Of a DNA stretch of 61,178 nucleotides, positions 36,869 to 48,552 are shown in pieces. Within the stretch, counting starts at the first letter, position 1. Each line of letters opens with the position of its first letter. The stretch is from assembly GCA_963169225.1 (NCBI GenBank), contig CAUJDH010000005.1, positions 1 to 61,178 of the forward strand, given 5' to 3'. Under the pieces are notes generated by a model. The model ran no database searches. It saw only the letters and a list, made by a program, of their open reading frames with translations, and was not told the origin of the DNA. The stretch comes from Actinomycetota bacterium. Its GTDB lineage: Bacteria > Actinomycetota > Actinomycetes > S36-B12 > UBA10799. The position numbers and the translations under genes are program-made.

Positions 36869-36918
36869 TGAGGGCGAGTCGCTACAGACACGGAGACTTG
36901 TGCGCGTATTCTTAACCC

Positions 36919-37341
36919 ATGAGCTACGTCACACCTCAAGCGCCTGCTGCGCCTGTGCAGGTAGTTCAGAAAAGCACTAAAGGCCTCCAGACTTTTGGTG
37001 TGGTCCTCATCCTCGTCATCGGCACAACGATCGCCGCATTCGTGGATGTATACCTCAACAACCATCTGACCTACATAACAGGTGCGGCTTTCGTTGTCTT
37101 GTGCGCGATTTGTGCCCTCACCGTTTGCCAGCGAGACCTGTGGACGGCAGTTATCACGGCGCCCATTGCGTTCCTGATAGCGCTAATTGCCTCAGGTCAG
37201 ATTGAGATCTTCCAAAACCAAGGCGATATTTTCCTCAAACAAGGATCTTTGGTAGCCACAGGGCTCGCGTTCAATGCGCCCTACATTTTTGGTGGAACGA
37301 TCTTGGCGCTGATCATCGTTCTTGTGCGCCGCAAGAAATAG
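36919..37341 (+). CDS. DUF6542-like membrane protein (Rv1111c-like)
   Basis: Four hydrophobic segments; DLWTAVITAP; lies between ychF and ispH. Confidence 0.75.
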   Translation: MSYVTPQAPAAPVQVVQKSTKGLQTFGVVLILVIGTTIAAFVDVYLNNHLTYITGAAFVVLCAICALTVCQRDLWTAVITAPIAFLIALIASGQIEIFQNQGDIFLKQGSLVATGLAFNAPYIFGGTILALIIVLVRRKK

Positions 37342-37343
37342 TC

Positions 37344-38336
37344 CTACGAAGGTAACCCAGCGGCTTTAAGATCGCGCCGTAGTTCTGGCGGCAAAGCAAA
37401 AGTCAGTTTTTCGTCGGCAGAGCTTACTTCGACAACATCAGCGAATCCGCGTTCCGCCAACCACTCGAGCACACCAACAACCAGCTCTTCTGGAACAGAC
37501 GCGCCCGAAGTCAATCCGACTGTCGTCACGTCCTCGAACCACTCTTCGTGAAGTTCAGTCGCGTTATCGATTCGGTAAGAAGCATTTGCACCAGCTTCAA
37601 CAGCAACTTCACCCAAACGCACCGAGTTCGAAGAATTACCAGAACCCACCACGATGACAACACCGCACTCCGGTGCGATCTCTTTCACCGCAAGTTGGCG
37701 ATTCTGAGTGGCGTAGCAAATGTCATCACTAGGAGGATCAATCAATAGCGGCAGTCGCTCACGAAGTCGGTCAACCGTCTCCATAGTCTCGTCCACCGAG
37801 AGTGTGGTCTGCGACAGCCAAGCAACCGGCTTGTCATCGGGAAGCTCAAGACTCTCAGCCTGTTCTGGGTTCTCCACCACAATGATGTTGTCTGGCGCCT
37901 CGCCTGCTGTTCCCTCGACTTCTTCATGACCAAGGTGACCGATGAGAACGATCTGATTGCCCTCAGCATCGAAACGCTTAGCCTCGTTATGGACCTTGGT
38001 CACCAGCGGACAAGTCGCATCAATTGTCTGCAGATTCCGGGCCTTGGCCTCTTCGTGGACGATGGGTGCCACACCGTGTGCACTGAAAATCACGCGGGCA
38101 CCCTCGGGGACATCGTCGGTCTCCTCAACGAAGATCGCACCTCGCTCTTCAAGACCGCGCACAACATGAATGTTGTGGACGATCTCTTTACGAACATAAA
38201 TCGGCGGCCCGTAGAGGTCTAAAGCCTTCTCAACCGTGATCACGGCACGATCCACACCAGCGCAATACCCACGAGGTGCCGCTAACAATACTTTCTTGCG
38301 AGGCTCACTAGCAGTGTCTACAGAATCTGAGGCCAT
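37344..38336 (-). CDS. ispH: 4-hydroxy-3-methylbut-2-enyl diphosphate reductase
   Basis: [52 protein letters not shown]. Start trimmed to ATG 38336. Confidence 0.96.
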   Translation of the reverse strand: MASDSVDTASEPRKKVLLAAPRGYCAGVDRAVITVEKALDLYGPPIYVRKEIVHNIHVVRGLEERGAIFVEETDDVPEGARVIFSAHGVAPIVHEEAKARNLQTIDATCPLVTKVHNEAKRFDAEGNQIVLIGHLGHEEVEGTAGEAPDNIIVVENPEQAESLELPDDKPVAWLSQTTLSVDETMETVDRLRERLPLLIDPPSDDICYATQNRQLAVKEIAPECGVVIVVGSGNSSNSVRLGEVAVEAGANASYRIDNATELHEEWFEDVTTVGLTSGASVPEELVVGVLEWLAERGFADVVEVSSADEKLTFALPPELRRDLKAAGLPS

Positions 38337-38472
38337 AGTTCTATCGTACGGGCACGCTGGGCAATTGCAATGGTCGCGACCTTCGCAGTGAATATCCAAG
38401 TCCCACATGGATCGATTTGGATACTCATAGTTCACCTCGGAATCACCGCAATTGACATAGGCTAAATCAATC

Positions 38473-39693
38473 ATGGCCATGACAACCTCACCCGAGAATC
38501 CGGCGCCACTGCACGTAATCAGCGAGCAAGTTGGTGACTGGATCAAACGTCTGGGTCCAGTGTGGGTCGAGGGCCAGATCACTCAACTCAATCGCCGCGG
38601 CGGCCACAGCCAGGTCTACCTCAATGTGAGAGACGTCGACGAGAATGTCTCGGTATCCGTAGTCACCGCACCGTCTGTGCTCGATTCGCTGGAATCACCT
38701 GTTGACGAGGGCTCGCGAATCATCATGCATGCCAAGCCTGAGTATTGGAAAGGTCAAGGGCGTCTCATGTTCCGCGCCCGCGAAATTCGAGCCGTGGGGC
38801 TCGGCGACCTCATCTCGCGAGTCGCCGCATTGCAAGCCTCGCTCGAATCCGAAGGCCTGTTCGATATCAGCCGAAAACGCCCACTGCCATTCCTTCCTCG
38901 CAAAGTTGGCCTGATTTGTGGTCGAGCAAGCGCGGCAGAGAAAGACGTGATCGAGAATGCCCAACGCCGCTGGCCAACAGTCGAGTTCGAAGTGCGGGAG
39001 GTTGCAGTCCAAGGTGTTGGCGCAGTCGCCGAGGTCACCAAAGCCGTACAAGAACTCGACGCATTACCTGGCGTGGACGTCATCATCATCACGCGCGGAG
39101 GAGGCAGCTTTGAGGATCTACTCCCCTTCTCAGATGAAAGCCTCATACGTGCCGTCGCGGCGGCTGGCAAACCCGTGATCAGCGCGATCGGCCACGAACA
39201 AGACAATCCAATCCTCGACTTTGTTGCCGACGTTCGAGCCAGCACTCCAACTCATGCAGCCGCGCTTGTAGTTCCTGACCTCGAAGAGCAGCGTCAAATC
39301 ATTGGCGATTTGCAGTCGCGGTCGCTGCGGGCAGTGGTCAATTTCGTTCAAGATCAAAACCAGTTGATCGATCGTTACCGAACCCACCGCGCACTCTCCG
39401 ACCCGAGCTCGCTTGTTGCGGATGCGCGGGCACGAATCGAAGACCTACAGACACGCTCCTCCACGAGCCTGCTACACCTGCTTCAGACTTCGACCAATGC
39501 CACGGAACACCTGGCACTTCGACTTCGCACTCTTTCGCCTGCCTCAACTCTTGAACGTGGCTACTCTATCGTCACGGATTCGGGCGGCAAAATAGTGACC
39601 ACAGCCAACCAACTAACCCAAGGTGATTTGCTCAACGTGAGATTGGCGTCGGGCTCCACCAAGGTTGAAGTGAAGGAGACAAACGATGACTGA
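38473..39693 (+). CDS. xseA: Exodeoxyribonuclease VII large subunit
   Basis: [47 protein letters not shown]. Confidence 0.95.
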   Translation: MAMTTSPENPAPLHVISEQVGDWIKRLGPVWVEGQITQLNRRGGHSQVYLNVRDVDENVSVSVVTAPSVLDSLESPVDEGSRIIMHAKPEYWKGQGRLMFRAREIRAVGLGDLISRVAALQASLESEGLFDISRKRPLPFLPRKVGLICGRASAAEKDVIENAQRRWPTVEFEVREVAVQGVGAVAEVTKAVQELDALPGVDVIIITRGGGSFEDLLPFSDESLIRAVAAAGKPVISAIGHEQDNPILDFVADVRASTPTHAAALVVPDLEEQRQIIGDLQSRSLRAVVNFVQDQNQLIDRYRTHRALSDPSSLVADARARIEDLQTRSSTSLLHLLQTSTNATEHLALRLRTLSPASTLERGYSIVTDSGGKIVTTANQLTQGDLLNVRLASGSTKVEVKETNDD

Positions 39694-39922
39694 CACACCT
39701 GCGAAGAAGAGCGCCAAAGCCAGTTCGACTAACGACGAAAAGTTGAGCTTTGAGGCAGCTCGCGATGAACTCGCGGAGGTAGTTGCCAAACTCGAATCAA
39801 GCGGCAACAGCCTAGAAGAATCACTGGCGCTGTGGGAACGCGGTGAAAAGCTCGTAGCGATCTGCCAGCAATGGCTCGACAACGCTAAGGAGCGAATCGA
39901 AAAAGTTCGCGCCGCCGATTAG
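39686..39922 (+). CDS. xseB: Exodeoxyribonuclease VII small subunit
   Basis: LSFEAARDELAEVVAKLES ... LEESLALWERGEKL ... CQQWL. Confidence 0.93.
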   Translation: MTDTPAKKSAKASSTNDEKLSFEAARDELAEVVAKLESSGNSLEESLALWERGEKLVAICQQWLDNAKERIEKVRAAD

Positions 39923-39962
39923 AGCTACTGCAGGATCGTTCGTTCATCAAATAGCTACGCGG

Positions 39963-40505
39963 CTATGAACTCAACGAGCCAGCCACTCGCCCGAGCTCAT
40001 CCCAACCAACTGTCCCAGTCACAACGGTCGTCTGTTTGGGGCCGACCAAAACGAGCGAGTCATTGTCGGTGTCAGGCGAGACGTACCTGGTCCATATCTG
40101 ACCGTTGACGTCCTGTTGACCCTTCTCCTCACCATTGACCGTCATCTGCTGGATGAACTTCTCGGATTCACCATTCCCCTGCCGAACCCCCACAAATTGG
40201 CCGTCAGCAGTAACAAAACCCACAGTCCACGTTGCAATCTTGGTCGGGTGAGAAGACACCAGATCATAATTTGCAGAAGTAGCAACCCAGCCTTCTGGCA
40301 CCGGCTTGGGAACTTGCGCATCGATCACACCAGCAGTCTGCGCAACCTCGAGGCTCATCTTGTAGTCAACGGGTTTCGGATTCTCATTAGCCGGCTTGTT
40401 GTTGAGCGCGAAGATAACAAGAACAACGACCACAACGATCGCCAACGAGATGAGCATTCCCATCATGGAACCAGGGCGGCGAGGGGTCGATTGCGAATTA
40501 GCCAT
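39963..40505 (-). CDS. DUF4245 domain membrane protein (Rv1100-like)
   Basis: MLISLAIVV TM helix, VPEGWVATSA, WTVGFVT, TTVVTGT. Confidence 0.85.
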   Translation of the reverse strand: MANSQSTPRRPGSMMGMLISLAIVVVVVLVIFALNNKPANENPKPVDYKMSLEVAQTAGVIDAQVPKPVPEGWVATSANYDLVSSHPTKIATWTVGFVTADGQFVGVRQGNGESEKFIQQMTVNGEEKGQQDVNGQIWTRYVSPDTDNDSLVLVGPKQTTVVTGTVGWDELGRVAGSLSS

Positions 40506-40556
40506 ATTCCATATCTTGGACTACGACAGAGTTTTTCTTGCAACTAGACTCGGCCT

Positions 40557-42242
40557 ATGCCCGAATTTACGTACACCGACATTCTTCCTGCCGGCCCGGA
40601 CACAACGGAATATCGACTCATCACAACCGAAGGCGTCAAAGTCGTTGAGCTCGGCGACCAGAAGTTTCTGCAAATCAGCCCAGGAGCTCTCCAGGCACTG
40701 ACCTACGAGGCAATGCACGACATCCAGCACCTGCTGCGCACCGAACATCTGCAACAGTTGGCTTCGATCCTGGATGATCCTGAAGCCTCACCTAACGACC
40801 GATTCGTCGCGACCGACCTCCTTAAGAACGCTTGTGAAGCCGCGGGTGGTGTTCTACCTATGTGTCAAGACACTGGAACGGTGATCATTTCGGGGAAGAA
40901 AGGCTCGCACGTACTCACCTCTGAGCGTGACGAAGTGTCACTGTCGCGCGGCGCATACGATGCCTTTCAAAATCTCAATTTGCGCTATTCGCAGATGGGC
41001 CCAGTGACCATGTGGGACGAGAAGAACACTGGCACCAACCTTCCGGCACAAATCGAGCTCTACGCCGACACCAAACCAGAACATACCCTCGAATACGAAT
41101 TGATGTTCATGGCCAAAGGTGGCGGAAGTGCCAATAAGTCGTTCCTCTACCAAGAAACCAAGGCACTGCTGAATCCCAAACGATTCGTTGAGTTCCTGGA
41201 CGAGAAACTGCGCCAGATCGGAACGGCAGCTTGCCCTCCGTATCACCTGGCGATCGTGATCGGCGGTACGAGTGCCGAATACACGCTCAAGACAGCCAAA
41301 TACGCCTCGACCCACTACTACGACACTTTGCCAACCACAGCCGACGGCTCAGGCCACGGCTTCCGCGACGTCGAGTTGGAACAGGAGATCTTCAAGCTCA
41401 CTCAGGACTTCGGCATCGGTGCGCAATTCGGAGGCAAATACTTCTGTCACGACATTCGGGTGATTCGACTCCCACGCCACGGAGCCTCGGTTCCGGTAGC
41501 GGTTGCTGTGTCATGCTCGGCTGACCGTCAGGCACGAGCCAAGATCACACCCGAAGGCGTCTTCCTCGAACGCCTCGAGACAGATCCCGCACAGTTCTTG
41601 CCCGAAGTTACCGATATGCACCTCAAAGAAGACGACGGTAGCGAAACCACGCCTGTAACCGAGATCGACTTGTCACGTCCGATGTCCGAGATCCGTACCG
41701 AACTAAGCAAACTCCCCGTCAAATCCCGCGTCTCGCTCAACGGTCCACTGATCGTCGCACGTGATATCGCCCACGCTCGTATCAAAGAGATGCTCGACAA
41801 CGGCGAAGAGATGCCCCAATACTTACAAAACCACGCCGTCTACTACGCGGGGCCAGCCAAAACCCCAGAAGGCATGCCGTCGGGCTCCTTTGGCCCAACG
41901 ACAGCCGGACGTATGGACAGTTATGTCGACCAGTTCCAAAAGGCAGGTGGCTCATTCGTCATGCTCGCCAAAGGCAATCGCTCCGAAGCCGTAACTCGCG
42001 CCTGCAACGACAACGGTGGCTTCTACTTGGGTTCGATTGGCGGACCTGCTGCTCGTCTGGCAGCCGATTGCATCAAATCAGTCGAGGTCGTCGACTTTGA
42101 AGAGCTTGGAATGGAAGCTGTCTGGAAAATTGAAGTGGAAGACTTCCCTGCTTTCGTCGTCGTAGATGACAAAGGTAATGACTTCTTCGCCGAGACACTT
42201 CGTCCGATCGCCAACCGAATTCCTGTTGGCGCCCCAAACTAG
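40557..42242 (+). CDS. Class I (Fe-S) fumarate hydratase
   Basis: [49 protein letters not shown]. Confidence 0.95.
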   Translation: MPEFTYTDILPAGPDTTEYRLITTEGVKVVELGDQKFLQISPGALQALTYEAMHDIQHLLRTEHLQQLASILDDPEASPNDRFVATDLLKNACEAAGGVLPMCQDTGTVIISGKKGSHVLTSERDEVSLSRGAYDAFQNLNLRYSQMGPVTMWDEKNTGTNLPAQIELYADTKPEHTLEYELMFMAKGGGSANKSFLYQETKALLNPKRFVEFLDEKLRQIGTAACPPYHLAIVIGGTSAEYTLKTAKYASTHYYDTLPTTADGSGHGFRDVELEQEIFKLTQDFGIGAQFGGKYFCHDIRVIRLPRHGASVPVAVAVSCSADRQARAKITPEGVFLERLETDPAQFLPEVTDMHLKEDDGSETTPVTEIDLSRPMSEIRTELSKLPVKSRVSLNGPLIVARDIAHARIKEMLDNGEEMPQYLQNHAVYYAGPAKTPEGMPSGSFGPTTAGRMDSYVDQFQKAGGSFVMLAKGNRSEAVTRACNDNGGFYLGSIGGPAARLAADCIKSVEVVDFEELGMEAVWKIEVEDFPAFVVVDDKGNDFFAETLRPIANRIPVGAPN

Positions 42243-42269
42243 AGGCTAGCTAAAGCCACAAAATGTCCG

Positions 42270-43064
42270 CTAGTTGATCGGTTCGCGCGTTCCTGCCACA
42301 CAAATGGGCACAGGAGCGAACTCGTAGCCCTTCTTGATGAGCACAGGCAGCGCCGCCTTCAAGCCCGCGATAGTTCCGCTTCTATCTCCACCTGCGTCAT
42401 GCGCGAGGATCACGTCACCTGGTTTTGCCTGGAGAAGCTTGGCTGTGATCGATGCTCCCGTGGAATTTGGCGACCAATCGTCGGTGTCGAGGTTCCACAA
42501 GACTGGTTGCATCCCTAACTTCGATGCCACTTGCCTCACTTTGTCGTTGATAGCTCCGTAAGGAGGCCTAAAACACGCTCCGGCTTCAGGACCGATTTTC
42601 TCGGCGGCATGTTCAAGTTGATCTTTGATTTGCGCCTTGGATAGCACTGCTAAATCGGCATGATCGTAAGTATGGTTCCCGATCGCATGACCCTCGTCGA
42701 TGATTCGCTTGACCATCGCTTCACGGGTTCGAATCATTTTGCCGATGAGGAAGAAAGTAGCTTTGACATCGTTTTTCTTGAGCACATCCAGGGCTTCGAT
42801 CGTGTTCGAACCTGGGCCGTCATCCAAAGTCAGATAGATGTACTTCGAACCTGCTGGTGGCTTCCAATTCTCCATCGGCGCTGGCTTGTACTCGACCTCG
42901 CTGGCTTTAGTGACGGCATGAGTCTGTGCCGGGCTGGTTGAGGGCGTAGTGCCCGAAGAAGTTGTCCCGCAAGCAGCCAAGGCGAGTACCGCCACAATGC
43001 CGATAACGAGAACGAACGAGGTACGGATTTTCATCGATATCTGGCCTTGCCTCAGCTGACTCAT
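42270..43064 (-). CDS. Polysaccharide deacetylase lipoprotein (CE4)
   Basis: Lipobox LALAAC; LTLDDGP, NHTYDH, FRPPYG, LAHD. Confidence 0.9.
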   Translation of the reverse strand: MSQLRQGQISMKIRTSFVLVIGIVAVLALAACGTTSSGTTPSTSPAQTHAVTKASEVEYKPAPMENWKPPAGSKYIYLTLDDGPGSNTIEALDVLKKNDVKATFFLIGKMIRTREAMVKRIIDEGHAIGNHTYDHADLAVLSKAQIKDQLEHAAEKIGPEAGACFRPPYGAINDKVRQVASKLGMQPVLWNLDTDDWSPNSTGASITAKLLQAKPGDVILAHDAGGDRSGTIAGLKAALPVLIKKGYEFAPVPICVAGTREPIN

Positions 43065-43101
43065 GAGACAAGTTTAGGGCGTTGCTTGACAGACTTTGCG
43101 A

Positions 43102-44403
43102 CTAGACAGGCGCGTCTTCGAGCAGGTCGGTAACCAACGCCGCAATCTCGGATCGCTCAGACCTCGTCAACGTGAAGTGAGCAAACAGTGGATGCCCCTT
43201 GAGCTTTTCGATCACTGCCACAACGCCGTCGTAACGGCCAACCCGCAGATTGTCACGCTGTGCGATGTCATGAGTGAGAACCACCTTGGAATCGCGACCA
43301 ATACGCGAGAGCACCGTCAGCAATACATTGCGCTCAAGCGACTGTGCCTCGTCCACGACCACAAAGGCATCATGTAGTGAACGGCCACGAATATGGGTGA
43401 GCGGCAGGACCTCAATCAAGTCACGATCTACGATCTCGTCCACGACCTCTTGCGTGGTGATCGCACCCAAAGTGTCGTAGACGGCCTGCGCCCACGGCGT
43501 CATTTTGTCGCCCTCACTGCCAGGCAAATATCCCAGCTCTTGACCGCCGACAGCGTACAGCGGACGGAACACAACAACCTTGCGATGCGCATTGCGCTCC
43601 ATAACCGCCTCAAGGCCAGCACACAAAGCCAATGCCGATTTACCTGTTCCCGCCCGGCCACCTAGCGATACGATCCCCACGCTCGGGTCCATAAGGACAT
43701 CGAGGGCCAGACGTTGTTCGGCGCTGCGACCGTGGAGTCCAAAAGCCTCTCGATCCCCTCGCACCAGTTGCACTTGCTTACCCGGAGTGACTCGCCCCAG
43801 GGCGCTGCCACGATCCGAAACCAAGATCAAACCGGTGTGACAGGGAATGTCTCTGGCAGCATCAAGATCAACTACATCACTTTCGTAGAGACTATCGATG
43901 GTCTCAACAGCGACTTCGAGTTCTTCAACACCCGTCCAGCCAGAACTGATAGCTAGCTCAGCCCGGTACTCCTCAGCAGGTAGACCAATCGAGCTGGCTT
44001 TGACCCGCATCGGTAGATCCTTGGAAACCAAGACCACCTTGTGGCCTTCGTTAGCTAGTGCCTGCGCAACAGCGAGGATACGTGAGTCGTTGTCGCCTAA
44101 TTGGAATCCGCTTGGCAAAACGCTCTGGTCCGAGTGGTTGAGTTCGACGAGAAGCTCACCACCGCTCTCCAATGGAATCGGCTGGTCGAGCCGGCCAGCT
44201 TCGATCCTCAAATCGTCAAGCATGCGCAATGCTTGACGGGCAAAGTAACCCAACTCCGGATGTGTGCGTTTTGCTTCGAGCTCGGTGATCACCACAAGCG
44301 GCAAGACCACCTGATGCTCCTCGAAGCGCAAAATCGCGCGTGGATCTGAGAGCAAGACGCTGGTATCGAGCACGTACGTCAAGCGAGCTCCGGATTCGGT
44401 CAT
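43102..44403 (-). CDS. phoH2: PhoH2 (PIN + PhoH ATPase)
   Basis: [47 protein letters not shown] precedes ATG 44403. Confidence 0.93.
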   Translation of the reverse strand: MTESGARLTYVLDTSVLLSDPRAILRFEEHQVVLPLVVITELEAKRTHPELGYFARQALRMLDDLRIEAGRLDQPIPLESGGELLVELNHSDQSVLPSGFQLGDNDSRILAVAQALANEGHKVVLVSKDLPMRVKASSIGLPAEEYRAELAISSGWTGVEELEVAVETIDSLYESDVVDLDAARDIPCHTGLILVSDRGSALGRVTPGKQVQLVRGDREAFGLHGRSAEQRLALDVLMDPSVGIVSLGGRAGTGKSALALCAGLEAVMERNAHRKVVVFRPLYAVGGQELGYLPGSEGDKMTPWAQAVYDTLGAITTQEVVDEIVDRDLIEVLPLTHIRGRSLHDAFVVVDEAQSLERNVLLTVLSRIGRDSKVVLTHDIAQRDNLRVGRYDGVVAVIEKLKGHPLFAHFTLTRSERSEIAALVTDLLEDAPV

Positions 44404-44613
44404 ATATAGCCTCCTAGTGGGGAAGAGCACTACTTTGCCGAGCTATGTGTGAGGACAATCCGCCAGCGTTTAGTTAGCGAATGCATCACTTGTATAAGTC
44501 ACGCTAGGTCGTTTGATGGGGTCGATGGCCTACGCCACGCCGGTATTCACCCCGTGTTCAAAAATGGTACGAACGGTTGATACTGCAATTTTGCCGCCCG
44601 TTAGCTTGGCTAA

Positions 44614-46707
44614 CTACTTGCCAGCCGGATCAACTAGTCGGTCTAGCTCTTCAGGCGTCGTAACCGGCAAAGAACACGTTGTGCCACGGCATACATAGGC
44701 AGCAGCCTTGCCATCCACCATGGGTCTACCAGCGAACGGACTTGCCACGCCGTCAGGTGCTGGCAGTCCGGTCGACACGACAGCGCCGGGACTGGACTGG
44801 CCGACTGCCGCAAGCGTTAGCGCTTCACGATCTGGCTCGCCTTCCGCGCCGACCACTACGATCGACAGTGGACCGACGACTTGAGCGGCCGCGACGCCCA
44901 ATAAGGTGCCAGCAAACCTGGGCACTTGCGGACCAAGTAGCTGGACAATCTGCAGCCCTGCGTCGGCGACCTCCAGGTAGCGCGGGTCAGCGAGTGCCGT
45001 TCCATACGCCTGCAAAGCCACTACCGCTTGCGCCCAACCTGAAGGGGACGCGACATCGGTAGCGTCACTAGGGCGAACGATAAGTGATTCAGCCTCACTG
45101 GAAGTATCGAAGAATCCGCCCGCCCCGTCGCGGAATTCAGCCAATACGGTCTCAAGGAGTTCGCCCGCAAACTCAAGCCATTCGTCGTTGCCCGTAACCC
45201 CCGACAACACGATGAATGCCTCGGCGACGGCTGCATAGTCTTCGAGTACGCCGGGACTCGAGTCACTCACCACTCCAGCTCGCGAGACCCGCGCGATCCG
45301 GGCACGGTTGTCCTGCGACTGAATCTCGGAAATGTGCACCCTGGCCAATAACTCGGCGGCTCGAATCGCAGCAGCGATCCATTCGCCATCGCCCAATACA
45401 GCGCCAGCCTCAGCTAAGGCGGCAATCGCATATCCGTTCCAAGCAGCCACTATTTTGTCATCACGTTCTGGCTGGGGCCTAGCCATCCGGGCTCTGAGCA
45501 GTTCTGCCCTGGCTCTAGCCCACCATTGACCAAAGTCGTCGGGATGACGTTCGCGAACTCGAGCCTCTGACTCGGCAGACAACGTCAATACCGTCGTGGC
45601 ATCTTCAAAATTTCCGAGCTTGGTCACACCCAACAATTCGCAGACGTCTTGTCCGTCAACTTCACCTAAGACTTCAACAATCTGCCCCGGTGTCCACACA
45701 TAGGAACGCCCCTCAGCTGCCGGTTCACCGAACGGTCCTTCAGAGTCGGCATCCAGTGCAGAAGAGAATCCGCCCTCAGGGGTCGCCAAGTCTCGGATGA
45801 GGAACTCGGCTGTCTGACGGATGACGCGCGCCCACTTGGGATCAAGGTCTAGGCGATACAGATGCACATAGATGCGAAGCAGTAACGCGTTGTCGTAGAG
45901 CATCTTCTCGAAGTGCGGGATCGTCCAAGCACCATCAACTGCGTACCGAGCGAAGCCACCGCCTAGCTGGTCGTAGATTCCACCCCTCAACATTGCCTCA
46001 CAGGTGTGCTGCGCCATGCGCAAGGCTTGCGAATTTCCTAGCGCCCCCATCCGCACGAGAAACTCCAACACAGTTGTCGGAGGGAATTTAGGCGCTCCAC
46101 CGAATCCGCCGTTTCGTGAGTCGTAGTCTTCGGCCAGTTTGGCGAGGCTAACCGCAGTCAGTTCCTGAGGAGCCATAGCCGGATCATCGGGTGCAGCCAT
46201 CACCCCGATCCGCTCTTGCAGCGCGGACTTAATTTGTTCGGCACTCGATTCAACCTGGTCACGCTTATTACGCCACGTATCCGTTACGCCAGTGAGCACC
46301 TGACCAAAGGACGGTGAGCCTTGACGAGGAGTTGGGGGGAAGTAGGTGCCCGCGTAGAACGGCCTGCGTTCGTGATCGAGAAATACCGACATAGGCCATC
46401 CGCCTTGGCCCGTCAGACCCTGGACCGCCGCCATATAAACGGAATCAACATCGGGACGTTCCTCGCGATCAACTTTGATAGAGACGAATCCCTCCGCCAA
46501 TTGCCTACCAATTACGAAATCCTCAAACGATTCGTGCGCCATCACGTGACACCAATGGCATGAGGCATAGCCAACGCTCAAGAACACTGGCACATCGCGC
46601 CTGCGCGCCTCCTCGAATGCCTCGTCACACCATGGCCACCAATCAACCGGGTTGTGCTGATGCTGCAGAAGATACGGCGATCTGGAACCCGCCAGACGAT
46701 TGGTCAT
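44614..46707 (-). CDS. YyaL/SSP411 thioredoxin-domain six-hairpin glycosidase-like protein
   Basis: [52 protein letters not shown]. Start trimmed to ATG 46707. Confidence 0.93.
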   Translation of the reverse strand: MTNRLAGSRSPYLLQHQHNPVDWWPWCDEAFEEARRRDVPVFLSVGYASCHWCHVMAHESFEDFVIGRQLAEGFVSIKVDREERPDVDSVYMAAVQGLTGQGGWPMSVFLDHERRPFYAGTYFPPTPRQGSPSFGQVLTGVTDTWRNKRDQVESSAEQIKSALQERIGVMAAPDDPAMAPQELTAVSLAKLAEDYDSRNGGFGGAPKFPPTTVLEFLVRMGALGNSQALRMAQHTCEAMLRGGIYDQLGGGFARYAVDGAWTIPHFEKMLYDNALLLRIYVHLYRLDLDPKWARVIRQTAEFLIRDLATPEGGFSSALDADSEGPFGEPAAEGRSYVWTPGQIVEVLGEVDGQDVCELLGVTKLGNFEDATTVLTLSAESEARVRERHPDDFGQWWARARAELLRARMARPQPERDDKIVAAWNGYAIAALAEAGAVLGDGEWIAAAIRAAELLARVHISEIQSQDNRARIARVSRAGVVSDSSPGVLEDYAAVAEAFIVLSGVTGNDEWLEFAGELLETVLAEFRDGAGGFFDTSSEAESLIVRPSDATDVASPSGWAQAVVALQAYGTALADPRYLEVADAGLQIVQLLGPQVPRFAGTLLGVAAAQVVGPLSIVVVGAEGEPDREALTLAAVGQSSPGAVVSTGLPAPDGVASPFAGRPMVDGKAAAYVCRGTTCSLPVTTPEELDRLVDPAGK

Positions 46708-46818
46708 ACCCCCATCTTGCCGTAGAGCAGCCAGGTGCAGCACAGAGGTTGTATGACTTTAGTCCCCGACAATGTCGAATCCATACCGACTTTGTCTTGC
46801 CATTTAAGTCATACTTAA

Positions 46819-47295
46819 ATGGTGAAGCTTTCTGCCAGAACAGAGTACGCAATCCGCGCCGCACTTGAACTGGCCGCGCACCCCGGCGAATCTCGAACCA
46901 CCGAATCAATCGCTACTGCTCAGCAAATCCCCCTGAGCTTCCTCGAGAACATCTTGGTTGACCTCCGTCGTCGCGGCCTCGTGAGTTCGACGCGAGGTAG
47001 AGACGGTGGCCATGCGTTGGCCAGACCGGCCGACCGAATTGCGATCGCCGACATTATGCGAGCAGAAATCGGAAACCTGGCTGATGTGCGCGGTATGCGA
47101 CCCGAGAACATCGAGTACGAAGGCAGCGCCCAGAACTTGACTCAAGTATGGGTAGCCGCTCGAGCCTCTTACCGTCTAGTCCTTGAGAACGTCACGCTGG
47201 CCGATGTCATTGCTGGCAAGTTCAACTCCAATGTGCGCAAACTCCTCAAGGAACCTGACACCTGGCAGTCACACTGGCCCACAGAACCTGAGTAA
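46819..47295 (+). CDS. Rrf2 family regulator, cysteine-free (CymR-like)
   Basis: LSARTEYAIRA, FLENIL..LRRRGLVSSTRGRDGG, VTLADV. No Cys residues. Confidence 0.9.
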   Translation: MVKLSARTEYAIRAALELAAHPGESRTTESIATAQQIPLSFLENILVDLRRRGLVSSTRGRDGGHALARPADRIAIADIMRAEIGNLADVRGMRPENIEYEGSAQNLTQVWVAARASYRLVLENVTLADVIAGKFNSNVRKLLKEPDTWQSHWPTEPE

Positions 47296-47451
47296 TAGCT
47301 ACATCTTCACCCGCAAATTTGTACGACGTCATACTCGAAACAACCGTCCGACCCTCACAACTTGACCCCAATGTTCACTCTTTTAGTGAAGTTATTGTAT
47401 GGTCATCAAGTTCCACAAAGGAATGATCAATAACTACTAACCGGAGTACAC

Positions 47452-48525
47452 ATGAAACACCAACGACAATCGCCAAAGACTTTGATTAAACGGTTCCTTG
47501 CGGTTGCAGTTGCTTGCGCAGCGGCAGCCTTCGGGCTCGCAGCCTGCTCCTCCGGATCAAATGCGAGTGGATCGTCCAATGAGCTTCGCCTCGGATACTT
47601 CCCGAACATCACACACGCTCTCCCGCTGCTCGGTGTATCGAATGGTGAGTACCAAAAGGCTTTGGGCGACACCAAACTCACGACCCAGACGTTCAACGCT
47701 GGTCCCTCGGCTGTCGAAGCAGTGCTATCGGGTGCAATCGATGCCAGTTATATCGGCCCGAACCCAGCGATCAACGCTTATGCCAAGAGCAACGGCTCGG
47801 CGGTCCGAATTATCTCGGGCGCCACTAGCCGAGGTGCTCAGTTCATTGTCAATAAAGACGTAACTGAGAACAATCTCAAGGGCAAGACCTTTGCCACTCC
47901 GCAGCTCGGCAACACCCAGGATGTCGCCTTGCGTTACTGGCTCAAAGAAAAAGGTCTCAGTGCACCTGCTCAAGGTCAAGGTGATGTGAACATCCTTCCT
48001 ACTGAGAATGCACAGTCACTTGAGTTGTTCAAGAAGGGCGACATTGACGGAGCATGGGTTCCTGAGCCTTGGGCTTCACGTCTCGTAATTGAGGGCGGCG
48101 GAAAGGTCCTGGTCAACGAACCAGATCTATGGCCAAACGGCGAATTCGTTACCACCCACCTACTCGTCTCGACCGAATATCTTGAGAACAACCCAGACAA
48201 GGTCAAGGCGCTTCTGCAGGGTGAACTTGCCGTGCTGAATCAGATCGAGAGTGACCCTAAAGCTTCGCGAGAAGCAGTCAATAAGGCACTCGACGATTTG
48301 ACCAAGCCGCTTCCACCTCAGGTGCTCGAGCGCGCTTGGGACAATCTCAAGGTGACCCTCGACCCAATCGCTTCGTCGCTCAAGACCGACCAAGAGCACG
48401 CAGTGGCGGTCGGAATTGCGGACGATGTTGATCTCAAGGGAATCTACGATCTACGAATCCTCAATGGATTACTCAAGGACGCGGGCAAGAAGCCAGTCTC
48501 TGCAGGCGGTCTTGGCCAGGAGTAA
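47452..48525 (+). CDS. ABC substrate-binding lipoprotein, aliphatic sulfonate/NitT-TauT type
   Basis: Lipobox LAAC; LRLGYFPNITH, FNAGP, YIGPNP, TPQLGNTQDV, AWVPEPW. Confidence 0.88.
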   Translation: MKHQRQSPKTLIKRFLAVAVACAAAAFGLAACSSGSNASGSSNELRLGYFPNITHALPLLGVSNGEYQKALGDTKLTTQTFNAGPSAVEAVLSGAIDASYIGPNPAINAYAKSNGSAVRIISGATSRGAQFIVNKDVTENNLKGKTFATPQLGNTQDVALRYWLKEKGLSAPAQGQGDVNILPTENAQSLELFKKGDIDGAWVPEPWASRLVIEGGGKVLVNEPDLWPNGEFVTTHLLVSTEYLENNPDKVKALLQGELAVLNQIESDPKASREAVNKALDDLTKPLPPQVLERAWDNLKVTLDPIASSLKTDQEHAVAVGIADDVDLKGIYDLRILNGLLKDAGKKPVSAGGLGQE

Positions 48526-48552
48526 TTCTCTAGCACTGTTTTGAATTAGCGG

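Noticed and set aside
12552-38456. GCAATTGAC near three gene starts (12552, 32387, 38448)
   Set aside because: Short, inconsistent in position and orientation, and one copy is inside a CDS. Not distinguishable from chance without statistics.
42726-42735. GGTTCGAATC, tRNA T-loop-like
   Set aside because: Inside the deacetylase CDS with no cloverleaf. No tRNA, rRNA or CRISPR array was recognised anywhere in the window.
44545-44553. GGGGTGAAT on the minus strand upstream of phoH2
   Set aside because: An isolated ydaO-like word with no flanking riboswitch elements.
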